Shown: positions 20,901 to 30,222 of the stretch, one piece after another
How the letters are laid out: every line of letters begins with the position of its first letter
Position numbering within the stretch: the stretch's first letter is position 1
Source: Wolbachia endosymbiont of Onchocerca ochengi
GTDB taxonomy: Bacteria; Pseudomonadota; Alphaproteobacteria; Rickettsiales; Anaplasmataceae
DNA: 32,000 nt
Assembly: GCF_000306885.1 (NCBI RefSeq)
Contig: NC_018267.1
Location: 30,001-62,000, forward strand
Reading direction: 5' to 3'
Position numbers and translations under genes: made by a program
The notes under the pieces: model-generated
What the model saw: the letters and a program-made list of their open reading frames with translations, nothing else
What the model was told of the DNA's origin: nothing
Databases searched by the model: none

Positions 20901-21595
20901 ATGTACCAATGCCAAGGCTTATGAGTGTTAGGTATGGTAATTAGATTCATGACAGCAAACAAGTGCCATGTTCAATCATCATAGATACCAAGCATTATTA
21001 ATTTATAATAATTTATCCCCCTACCCAAAGGTGACAACTATTATACTATAAGACTGCTAATTATGTTAATTCTACATCTTAGCAAATACAACCAAGGAAC
21101 TTTTACTTATTGGAAGAACATTACGCTAAAATCTAGCAGCTTATTATAAAGCGATGATTAATAGGGATGCCCATCATACAATACTCTATACAAGACAAAC
21201 TGAAGCATGTTCTTAGTGGATTGATTATTTTATAAGGAAGGGTGTGTGTGATATCAATTGTATTTAAGACTGTTTCACAGTATATAAACAGGGAAAAATA
21301 CCAGTTTGATTAGACTGTAACCTTATACGTAAATCAGATCATAAGCAACATAAAGCCACAGAGCTTATTCTGTAAAAATAGATAAAAATAGGATTTATAG
21401 AAATTACAGGTTTTTCTAATAGAGAAAGAAAATATAAACCTAGTAAGTAATATAAAAACTTGATCCTTAAACTATAAAAGACAAGATTCAATCTAATAAA
21501 TTGAAATTAACTAACAGAGAATTATTACAGCTAATTGCTTACAGTTGTATGATACCATTTACTATATAATGTAGCATCTATTATAAAGATATAAC

Positions 21596-22426
21596 CTAAC
21601 CCCTCAATATGTCATTTACAGAAGTTTTCGACCTTGTCTTTGCATCCACTTTTTTTACTATAACTGCACAATATGTTGAAATGTTATTTTTAGATGAAAT
21701 AGATCCTGGTACTACTACAGAGTAAGGAGGTACTTCACCGTAAAATACTTTACCGGTTTCTCTATCAATAATTTTTGTTGATGCTCCAATAAAAACTCCC
21801 ATACCTAAAACTGATCCTTCTCTTATTATAACACTTTCAGCCACCTCGCTACGCGCTCCTATAAAACAATTATCCTCTATAATAACTGGAAAAGCTTGAA
21901 TAGGTTCTAAAACTCCACCAATTCCCACCCCTCCAGAAATATGACAATCCTTTCCTATTTGCGCACAGCTACCAACTGTTGACCAAGTATCTATCATTGT
22001 ACCCGAACCGATATAAGCACCAACGTTAATAAAGCTTGGCATAAGAACAACATTTGTATCTATATAAGCAGACTGACGAACAAAACATCCAGGAACTACT
22101 CTAATTTTTGATTGGCGAAATTTTTCCTCATTCCATCCATTAAACTTATTGTTAGTCTTGTCAAACCACCAATTGTTATTGCCTACTACTTTACTTTCCT
22201 CAGTAAGAAAGTATAATAATATTGCCTGCTTTACCCACATATGTACCACCCACTTTCCGTTTGATAGCTTCTCTGCTACTCTAATTTTACCACAATCAAG
22301 AAGATTAACTATCTCTTCAACTAGAGCTCTTGCTGTTATTTTTACATTACAGTCAATAAGTTCATTTCTATTTCTCCAAATATTTTCTACATCATTCTGC
22401 ATTTTATCTAGTTGCAAGTTTTCCAT
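21596..22426 (-). CDS. dapD: 2,3,4,5-tetrahydropyridine-2,6-dicarboxylate N-succinyltransferase
   Basis: 276 aa. N-terminal helical domain followed by hexapeptide left-handed beta-helix repeats ([40 protein letters not shown]). Confidence 0.9.
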   Translation of the reverse strand: MENLQLDKMQNDVENIWRNRNELIDCNVKITARALVEEIVNLLDCGKIRVAEKLSNGKWVVHMWVKQAILLYFLTEESKVVGNNNWWFDKTNNKFNGWNEEKFRQSKIRVVPGCFVRQSAYIDTNVVLMPSFINVGAYIGSGTMIDTWSTVGSCAQIGKDCHISGGVGIGGVLEPIQAFPVIIEDNCFIGARSEVAESVIIREGSVLGMGVFIGASTKIIDRETGKVFYGEVPPYSVVVPGSISSKNNISTYCAVIVKKVDAKTRSKTSVNDILRG

Positions 22427-23603
22427 TTATTATATATTGATAATAAGTTTATAGCTTCACATAATATAGGTTTGTTACCACTTTACACTAAGTGATGTAA
22501 AGTTACAATGTAATAACTGCACTAAAACTTACTTACTACCTCCGGACAAACAAGTAAATTCAGAAGGAAGAAAATAAAGCATACAAACTGCAACCACGCA
22601 TGGTGTGAATCTTTATAAGAGCCAGGTAAGGTGCATGCTACCATTTATTACACAAGAAAAAAAGTTAACAAAGGAATTTTCTAGTGTTTAGTTTACCACT
22701 TTAGAGCTTTTGTTGTAGTAATAAGGGTATATATTGCAGCAGCTAACCTCTCCTAAGGAAGTAAACAAAAAATATAAAAACAAATCAGTTCATATAAGGA
22801 TTCAATAAGTCCTAAATTAGGATATAAAAAAAGCAAACTGACAGTTCGAGCATAAAAAGGCTTACACTACAAAAAAGTTTTATCAAAATTACCTTTTTTA
22901 CCTCTAAGATCTAGTTAAGCTGAACTTAATCTTTCAATTTCATCAATTAAAAAACCAGTAGACTCAAGCGTTATGCACTAGAATAACATTTTTTTGAATT
23001 TTTAAATTGTTTTAATTATAAATATTTAAGAAATTTACCTGATAAAAAAGACAAAAGAAACCTCAATCAGTATCTATTTTCAATTTAGCGTTTTTAAAAG
23101 TCTTAAACACTGCAATTTAAAGACTCTTAAACTTGCAATAGACTTTTTAGCTTAAATGCCAAGAAACTTACTAAGCAGAAAAAGGGAAAAGAACTGATAG
23201 GTAGAGCTTTTCACTCTCTCTAACCTTGCAAATCGATATTTTATGCTACATTAAACAACTTATAAGGGTATTTCAGCTTGAAAAGTTAAAAGTTCAGATA
23301 AAATAATAAAGACACAAGGTATACATAGTGTAAAAAATCAAATATAAGATATCAATTACGTAATAATCCTGTCACTCAACCTACACAAGTTAAAGATAAC
23401 TGAATACCTTTGCGCATTACGGTAACGGAGTTAGCAAAGTTTGTCCGATAATTTTTCGTTTCTAACTTGTTATATATGCCTAGGAGCGTTGCCAAAAATT
23501 ATACAAAAGCCTATACCAGTGAAGAATAATTAAAGGTTAGCTATAAATGACCCATAAAACAAGAATATATATCATCATATCTTAGACTCTACGAGCCCTC
23601 CTA

Positions 23604-24704
23604 CTAATAAAATCGAGAGCTTAGCCTTAAATCTTCTTCAGAAGTTATACAATTGAGTAGCAATCCTATACATATCAAGCTTGAAGCAGTTATGCTTCCT
23701 CCATAGGATAAAAATGGTAATGGATCTCCTATTATAGGTAAAAGACCTATTGTCATTCCAATATTTATGAAGAAATGAACACCAAAAAAAGCAAAAATTC
23801 CGATAGATAATAACTTAGAAAAGTAAACTTTTGATCTGTAGGCAACAGAGAATATTATAGCAAGTAACGTAGTATAAAGGAGAATCAAAACTATGCTACC
23901 TAAAAACCCCCACTCTTCGCTAAGTACTGCAAAAGCAAAATCTGTACGCCTTTCCGGTAAAAATCCAAGCTGAGTTTGACTTCCATTAGCAAAGCCCTTA
24001 CCAAGCAAACCTCCTGAACCAATAGCTATTTGAGACTGCTGTGCATTATAACCTATTCCAAGCGGATCCGTTGATGAATCCAAAAACGATAGTATCCTTT
24101 GTTTGTGATAAGGGCGTAAAAAAAAACAAATGACTGGCATCACAAAAATACTAAATATTCCAAAAATTATTAAATGTGACCCTTTTATTATTGATGTAAA
24201 TATAATTGATGTCCCTATAAATAACATTATTACAGCTGTGCCTAAATTTGGTTGTTTTAATACCAAGAACACAGGCAAAAAAATAATTATAAGCGCCTTA
24301 AATAGTTTTTGAAATTCCATCATTTTATATACACTTTGCTTACTAAAATAGCGAGCAAGTGCAAGCACTAATCCCACTTTCGCAAATTCTGATGGCTGTA
24401 AACTAACTGACCCAATTCTTATCCACCTTGCTGAACCCATTATAAACGAACCAGAAAAATTAACTACTAATAATGCAATCACTGCTGCTATATAAAAAAA
24501 ATAAGCATGCTTTAAATAAAAATTCAGCTCTATGAACGACATAGCTATAGCCAGTAAAAAAAAAGAAGAGAATACAACTAATTGATGAATTGCGAATGGC
24601 ATCCACTTTCTTCCAGCAGAAGAATATTGAACAATAATGCCAATACAAAATAGAGCTATTACGTTAATGACCAGCAACCAATGAACCTTCTTCAACCTAT
24701 CCAT
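23604..24704 (-). CDS. rodA: SEDS-family peptidoglycan polymerase, RodA-like (FtsW not excluded)
   Basis: 366 aa with about 10 TM segments. Motifs GSARWIRIGSVSLQPSEFAK, RTDFAFAVLSEEWGF and PLPFLSYGGS. Confidence 0.8.
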   Translation of the reverse strand: MDRLKKVHWLLVINVIALFCIGIIVQYSSAGRKWMPFAIHQLVVFSSFFLLAIAMSFIELNFYLKHAYFFYIAAVIALLVVNFSGSFIMGSARWIRIGSVSLQPSEFAKVGLVLALARYFSKQSVYKMMEFQKLFKALIIIFLPVFLVLKQPNLGTAVIMLFIGTSIIFTSIIKGSHLIIFGIFSIFVMPVICFFLRPYHKQRILSFLDSSTDPLGIGYNAQQSQIAIGSGGLLGKGFANGSQTQLGFLPERRTDFAFAVLSEEWGFLGSIVLILLYTTLLAIIFSVAYRSKVYFSKLLSIGIFAFFGVHFFINIGMTIGLLPIIGDPLPFLSYGGSITASSLICIGLLLNCITSEEDLRLSSRFY

Positions 24705-24757
24705 AGCAAAAGCTCCAGTACCTTATAGTATAGTAAAATATAAAGTAAAGGTAAAAA

Positions 24758-26233
24758 TCAAAAAACCAATTTTTCAACTACTAAACCTACTAAACGAATT
24801 GGATTACTATATATCCCAATTACTATTGTTAAAATAGCCATGAAAAACAGGCAAAAAAGCATAGGTAATGGCACCTCATTAGCCTTACCAGGCATCATTC
24901 TAACGCGTGATGTGGCATCATTTCCAAAATACATTTTCTCTACCATCTGCCATACATATATTAGTGCAAGAAAAGAACTTACAGTAAAAACTATAAGAGA
25001 AACCCATGCATGAGACTCAATAATTGCTTTCATCATATACCACTTACTTATAAAGCCACTTGTTAAAGGCACACCAATTAACGCTAACCCAAGCAGAGTA
25101 GACGCAAACGTCATATAGGGCATTGATTTTTCAAGTCCTGACAAATTTTCTACTTTTGTTGAGTCAAATTTATAAGAAATACATCCAGCTGTCATGAATA
25201 AAGACGTCTTTATTATACTGTGATTTATTGTATGGAGAATTGCTGCAAACAAACCTGCTTTCGAGTTTAAACTCAGCATTAAAATTATATAGCCAATCTG
25301 GCTAATACTGGAATTAGCAAGCAACCTTTTCATGTCTTTCGCAGTTATTGCAAATATCGAACCAAATACAATAGCACAAAGCGCAAGTGTAACTATTACG
25401 TTGTCTAATGGCGGTTTAAATAAAAAAAAATTTTGATGAAAAACAGTATAAAAGATCCTGATAAAAACATATATCATAACTTTGGTTACTGTGCCTGAAA
25501 AAAATATACTAATGAAACTTGGCGCCTCACTGTATGAATTAACTAGCCACTTACCCAATGGAAATAGTGCCATCTTGATTGAAAGAGCAACAAAAACAAA
25601 TAATGTGCCAAGCTTTACGATGTTATTATCATATAGCGGTACTATTCTCTCAGCCATGTCAGACATATTGAGCGTACCTGTCATAGAATATAAAAGCCCA
25701 ATACCAAACAAATAAAACGTTGCACCTATCGTTCCACTAATCAGATATTCTAACGCTGCAACTAGAGCTTTCTTATCTCTTCCCATTGAAACTAGCACGT
25801 AAGAAGAAAGAGACGAAATTTCTAAAAAAACATAGAGATTGAATATGTCGTTTGTTACCAAAATCCCAAGCAATCCACTTAAGCATAACAGAAACAAAGA
25901 GTAGAAATCAGTTATCTTATTTTTGCTAATCTCTTTTTTGTTAACACAAAAACTATAAAGAACACTTATCAGAGCTACAAAATTTACTAAAGTTAAAACT
26001 AAGGAATTCAACATATCAATCCTTAATTCTATTCCGTAGGTAGGAGCCCAATCTCCAAGGTAATAAATTACAACTTCACCATTATAAGCTTTCATAAGTA
26101 GTATTAATGAAATAAAAAAAGTAGCTACTGTTGTAGTAAAAGAGATAAACCAGGATAACTTATGTTCTCTTGCTAGAGAACAAAACATCGATGCAATTAT
26201 TGGTATAATAACTTGTAAGATTGGTAATTGCAT
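24758..26233 (-). CDS. mrpD: Mrp/Mnh cation:proton antiporter subunit D (NuoN/NuoM-like proton-conducting membrane transporter)
   Basis: 491 aa polytopic protein with the complex-I antiporter-like fold pattern (..EYLISGTIGATFYLFGIG.., ..ANSSISQIGYI.., ..HTINHSIIKTSLFM..). Confidence 0.8.
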   Translation of the reverse strand: MQLPILQVIIPIIASMFCSLAREHKLSWFISFTTTVATFFISLILLMKAYNGEVVIYYLGDWAPTYGIELRIDMLNSLVLTLVNFVALISVLYSFCVNKKEISKNKITDFYSLFLLCLSGLLGILVTNDIFNLYVFLEISSLSSYVLVSMGRDKKALVAALEYLISGTIGATFYLFGIGLLYSMTGTLNMSDMAERIVPLYDNNIVKLGTLFVFVALSIKMALFPLGKWLVNSYSEAPSFISIFFSGTVTKVMIYVFIRIFYTVFHQNFFLFKPPLDNVIVTLALCAIVFGSIFAITAKDMKRLLANSSISQIGYIILMLSLNSKAGLFAAILHTINHSIIKTSLFMTAGCISYKFDSTKVENLSGLEKSMPYMTFASTLLGLALIGVPLTSGFISKWYMMKAIIESHAWVSLIVFTVSSFLALIYVWQMVEKMYFGNDATSRVRMMPGKANEVPLPMLFCLFFMAILTIVIGIYSNPIRLVGLVVEKLVF

Positions 26234-26286
26234 TAAATTTTTGTTAAAGTATTAGTATATATAATACTCTTTATTTTAATAGCTTT

Positions 26287-26604
26287 ATGTTATCTAAAAT
26301 TTTTAATGCAATAAAATGTTTACTACAAAGAAAAGGTAAATTTGTAGGAAGAGATAAGAGTGAAAACTTTTACTATGAATCGGATACAGGAAAAAGGTGG
26401 GTTATATATAGTAGTGTTCCCGAACCTACAATAATACCTCAAGAGTGGCACACATGGATTCATTATACTGATAATGTAGTACCAGTTAATGACAAAAAAA
26501 TAAAGGTGAAACATACATCTAATTTGACGAGCACAAAAGATGTACATCATTCTAACCAAAAAGCAAAAAATTATTACAAAAGCTGGAATCCTAATAATAA
26601 CTAA
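26287..26604 (+). CDS. NDUFA12-like (B17.2-like) NADH:ubiquinone oxidoreductase subunit family protein
   Basis: 105 aa. FVGRDKSENFYYES...GKRWVIY....PEPTIIPQEWHTWIHYT matches the NDUFA12 family pattern found in alphaproteobacteria. Confidence 0.82.
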   Translation: MLSKIFNAIKCLLQRKGKFVGRDKSENFYYESDTGKRWVIYSSVPEPTIIPQEWHTWIHYTDNVVPVNDKKIKVKHTSNLTSTKDVHHSNQKAKNYYKSWNPNNN

Positions 26605-26627
26605 AGACGCGAAGATCAAGTATACTT

Positions 26628-27080
26628 GAAATACCTGTCAGGTTGTTTGTACTAATTCTTACTATTTTTTTGATTTGCCTTGCTGTTGATAAACTATCTG
26701 ATATAAAAAACTATAAGGATTACTATAGAATATATAGATTTTTTACTGATACTAATGGGTATAGGAGTGAACAGTAATATCAAGGTTTGTAGAGTAAATA
26801 TTAAAAACATAACTAGCATATTTACTTGATAAAAGTACCTATGTAACATGGATTAATATGTGTGCATAAGTAAGACATAAAATTGTCAGTTTGATGGCTC
26901 AGAACCCTAACAACCAGCAGTAGAGTTGTGGTTAACAGCAAATTTGTCAACATATTACTTAGATTAGGTGCTAAATCAATTTTAAAAAGTGGTAAAACAG
27001 AGTATACTTCAATCTGAAGTGAACATGAGTGAAATAATAGATAAAATTCCTGATATATTTTCAAAACAGTTTGACTTGTA
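26628..27080 (+). pseudogene. Possible relic of the DUF2155 gene that usually follows the NDUFA12-like gene
   Basis: A signal-peptide-like start (LKYLSGCLY*FLLFF*FALLLINYL) is followed by fragments (..KVCRVNIKNITS.., ..VNSKFVNILL.., ..IFSKQFDL) with many stops. The call rests mainly on position, and the similarity is weak. Confidence 0.3.
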
Positions 27081-27558
27081 ATAATAAAAACTACTTGACA
27101 AACTTTGCTAACCTTCTTGCTATGGCAGTGAAGCTACTTATTGATCTTAGCAAAATCTCTGTAGTGAACTAATGACAAAAAACTAATGTATTTGATGCAT
27201 GTTATATTTAATTTTCTGTACTATGTGCACTATATGTCTTTCACATTACGACCTAACATCTACTAGCTATAAGCGCTATAAAATAGTACCTATTTAAGTG
27301 CTTAAAAGCTCTTAAAATACCAACATATAAGTGAGATAGATAGTGGTAATTAGCCAATTATAAATGGACATTTGCTTTTACAAAAAATAGCGTAATTCCA
27401 GAATGTAATGCTAGAATCTATTTTCTTGGATCTCAGCTCTGCCACTTGGATAATACCACTTATACTGCACCTATAAGTTGCAATCTTTATATAGCCATAG
27501 GTTTGACTATAATTTTCTCCAAAAACGTAAAATAGTATAATAAATCAATAGAGTACTA

Positions 27559-27635
27559 TGGTGGGACTAGTGCGATTCGAACGCACGACCTTTGGATTAG
27601 GAATCCAATGCTCTATCCTACTGAGCTATAGTCCC
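27559..27635 (-). tRNA. tRNA-Arg (anticodon CCU), 3' CCA encoded
   Basis: The reverse complement is a perfect cloverleaf. Acceptor GGGACTA/TAGTCCC, D stem GCTC/GAGC, anticodon stem TTGGA/TCCAA with loop TTCCTAA, T arm GTGCG-TTCGAAT-CGCAC, discriminator A plus CCA. Confidence 0.93.
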
Positions 27636-27778
27636 ATTCCCTATCACTTACAAATGGTCATAGTAAAAAACTCCTTATTTTCTAAATCCTTCTTACATAA
27701 CTAATTTACAACAATAAAAACGCTCCTATACATTTCTTGAGTATAATGTTATCATATTTAATAATATAGTTTCAGTTG

Positions 27779-28504
27779 ATGCTAATTAATAACATTAGTT
27801 ACTCTTATGGTAATCAGGGTGATTTTGCTTTAAGCAATATAAATATTGAAGTAAAACGAGGAAATGTTGCATGTTTATTGGGACATTCAGGCTGTGGTAA
27901 GTCAACGATTTTAAAATTAATCGCAGGGATAGAAAATCCAAAATCTGGTACCATTTTTATAAATAACAGATTAGTAGCAAGTAATAATACATCAATTGCA
28001 ATAGAACATAGGAATGTAGGATTGATTTTCCAACATTCCGCATTATTTCCTCACAAAACAGTGATAGAGAATATAACTTTTGCTATTCGTAGTGCTTCTA
28101 AAAAGGAAAAGTATCTTACTGCATTGGAAATTTTGAAGCTATTAGACATAGCAAAATATGAAAACATGTACTCTAATGCTCTATCAGGAGGACAGCAACA
28201 ATTAGTTGCGATAGCAAGAGTAATGGCACAAAATCCTGATGTTGTATTGCTTGATGAACCGTTTTCTAATTTAGATATACTGCTTAAGTGCCAAACAAGA
28301 CACCATGTATTATCTCTTTTTAGAAGTAAAAATATTCCTGTGCTAATGGTAACTCATGACTTACAAGAAGCATTAAAAGTTGCAGATTCTATCTATGTAA
28401 TGAAAAACGGCAAAATTATTCAATCAGGAGTTTCCAGCGATATATATCAAGGACTTGAGGATAGCACATTGCAACATATTTGTTACTACTTAGAAAAAAC
28501 CTAA
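27779..28504 (+). CDS. ABC transporter ATP-binding protein (FbpC/PotA/CysA-type NBD, no C-terminal regulatory domain)
   Basis: Walker A GHSGCGKST, Q-loop FQHSALFPH, signature LSGGQQQ, Walker B VVLLDEPFS and H-loop VTHD. ATG 27779 is preferred over the track's TTG 27776. Confidence 0.88.
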   Translation: MLINNISYSYGNQGDFALSNINIEVKRGNVACLLGHSGCGKSTILKLIAGIENPKSGTIFINNRLVASNNTSIAIEHRNVGLIFQHSALFPHKTVIENITFAIRSASKKEKYLTALEILKLLDIAKYENMYSNALSGGQQQLVAIARVMAQNPDVVLLDEPFSNLDILLKCQTRHHVLSLFRSKNIPVLMVTHDLQEALKVADSIYVMKNGKIIQSGVSSDIYQGLEDSTLQHICYYLEKT

Positions 28505-28558
28505 TCTAAAATTATTATAAAATAGATCGAAAAATTTTGATCTATAGTTAAATAAAGG

Positions 28559-28567
28559 TGGTATAAT
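28559..28567 (+). promoter_or_regulatory. Candidate extended -10 promoter element upstream of tatA
   Basis: TGgTATAAT at 28559-28567. A weak -35-like TTGATC at 28537-28542 has 19-nt spacing. About 65 nt upstream of the tatA ATG. Sequence pattern only. Confidence 0.3.
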
Positions 28568-28633
28568 CCATATGTCACTTGACTTTAGTCAAGTTTTTAT
28601 ACTTAATATTTAATATTTTAAATGGAGGTGCAA

Positions 28634-28801
28634 ATGAGTTTAGGACCATGGCAATTGTTTTTAGTTTTAATAATAATCTTAGTTCTGTTTGGTGCAGGTA
28701 GGTTACCACAAGTTATGGGTGACTTAGGAAAAGGCATTAAAAACCTTAAACAAGGACTTAAGGAGTCAGAGAAACTGTCATCTAACGAACCAGATCATTA
28801 G
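28634..28801 (+). CDS. tatA: Twin-arginine translocase subunit TatA/E
   Basis: 55-aa ORF missing from the supplied track because it is too short: [44 protein letters not shown]... Strong SD GGAGGTG lies 4 nt upstream of the ATG. TM helix plus hinge FGAGRLP plus amphipathic helix. Confidence 0.88.
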   Translation: MSLGPWQLFLVLIIILVLFGAGRLPQVMGDLGKGIKNLKQGLKESEKLSSNEPDH

Positions 28802-28815
28802 CGTCCTTACATTTC

Positions 28816-28841
28816 ATGACACGCACTAAAGTGCGTGTCAT
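28816..28841 (+). terminator. Stem-loop downstream of tatA (possible terminator)
   Basis: Perfect 11-bp stem ATGACACGCAC-TAAA-GTGCGTGTCAT, 15 nt after the tatA stop. No clean T-tract follows. Confidence 0.35.
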
Positions 28842-28934
28842 TCGTTCAAAAACCCAGCTAAGTTAAAAAATATAGATTGAAATACAAGATAGTTACATTA
28901 GTTTAAGATTAGTAGTTTTAATCAAAGTTAACTA

Positions 28935-29451
28935 TACAAAGAGCTGAGAAGCTAACTGAAAATAAAAAATTAGCTTCTGATGTTCTAAGAGAAATTATGG
29001 TACTGATAATACCAACAGCAATGAAATAATGTTGTTCAGTTTAACATTATAAAGCAGCTTTGCATAAATGTGGCTTAATTGGTCATCTCTCCTTACCACC
29101 ATCACTACCTACCTATACCTGTTCTATCTTACCTAGTTATACAACTATTTTTTCTATACCTCTAATATTATTTTCACTGCAGTTTTTATTTGGCTTGACT
29201 CTTCTTGGAAGCTTTTGTTAGCTGGATATGCAGTAATAATAGCTCTTCCACTGTCTTTCACTCACTTTCTTCCTGCATCGGCACAACTTTTATTTAGCCT
29301 GGTATTATAGGTAAAGATAGTCTTTTCTTTATACTAGGAGTTTTTTTAATATCATTGTGCACACTGTTATACTTATCCCTACTATGATAACCAGAGGGAT
29401 TACAGCTTATAATAGGAATACTTTCTCATAAAAAGCTTTGTACGTGGTTAA
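28935..29451 (+). pseudogene. Decayed tandem duplicate of the downstream exoD-like gene
   Basis: Nucleotide-level colinearity with 29566-30222. For example, CTTACCACCATCACTACCTACCTATACCTGTTC...GTTATACAACTAT... matches CTTTACCACTATCGATACCTATACCTGTTCC..GTTATACAACTAT. There are in-frame stops and about 140 nt of internal deletion. The end AAAAGCTTTGTACGTGGTTAAGCTTTATAAC mirrors the exoD stop/cysS start junction. Confidence 0.8.
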
Positions 29452-29565
29452 GCTTTATAACACACCTTAGCACAAGATGAATCCCCTGATATAAATGAAG
29501 AATGAATGTTGAAATATAGCAATAATTATGCTAACTAAAAGGGATAATTTTGTCCAAGGATAAAT

Positions 29566-30222
29566 GTGCAAAAAAATGAGAGACTAATTAAAAATAAAAA
29601 ATTGGTTTCCGATATTTTAAAAGAGGTTGCAGATATCAACACTAATAACAGTAATAAAGTGACATTGTTTGATATTAAAATAGCTCTACAAGAACGCGGT
29701 TTTGGTATTTTAATAATTATTTTCTCTTTACCACTATCGATACCTATACCTGTTCCACCTGGTTATACAACTATACTTTCTATACCTTTAATCTTGTTCT
29801 CACTACAGCTTTTGTTCGGGTTTCACTCTCCCTGGATGCCGCATTGGTTAGAAAGAAAATCCTTTCAATCTTCAACACTAGCTTTTGTAGTAGAGAGGAC
29901 TTCACCTGCATTAAAAAAAATAGAAAAGTTCATGAAACCAAGAATACCTTTCATTTTCTATGGACCTGGTGAGAAAATTCTAGCTTTTATAATGTTGATT
30001 TGTGCATTATCGATAGCCATTCCACTGCCCTTAACTAATTTTATTCCTGCAATCGGTACAACTTTCATTTCACTTGGCATTATGAGCAAAGATGGACTTC
30101 TCTCCATATTGGGAGTTCTAGTATCTTTGTGCGGTTTATTACTTACCCTTGTTGTAATAGTTGAAGGACCACAGCTCATAATTGGAGCGTTTTCTTTTCT
30201 GAAAAGCTTTGTATATGGTTAA
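29566..30222 (+). CDS. exoD: ExoD-like exopolysaccharide synthesis family membrane protein
   Basis: 218 aa. Layout typical of the ExoD family: ..ERGFGILIIIFSLPLSIPIPVPPGYTTILSIPLILFSLQ.. plus C-terminal TM segments. GTG start is inferred from the track and remains uncertain. Confidence 0.72.
   Translation: MQKNERLIKNKKLVSDILKEVADINTNNSNKVTLFDIKIALQERGFGILIIIFSLPLSIPIPVPPGYTTILSIPLILFSLQLLFGFHSPWMPHWLERKSFQSSTLAFVVERTSPALKKIEKFMKPRIPFIFYGPGEKILAFIMLICALSIAIPLPLTNFIPAIGTTFISLGIMSKDGLLSILGVLVSLCGLLLTLVVIVEGPQLIIGAFSFLKSFVYG

Noticed and set aside
22540-22640. Possible SRP (4.5S) RNA because of CCGGA...GAAGGAAG and CCAGGTAAGGTGC strings
   Set aside because: I could not build the conserved domain IV helix with its GGAA tetraloop and symmetric loop. 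The matches are short and out of order.
22925-22950. Minus-strand LIDEIERL fragment suggesting an AAA+ (Lon/RuvB-like) relic
   Set aside because: It is a single 8-residue Walker-B-like string without flanking family motifs, which is insufficient for a call.
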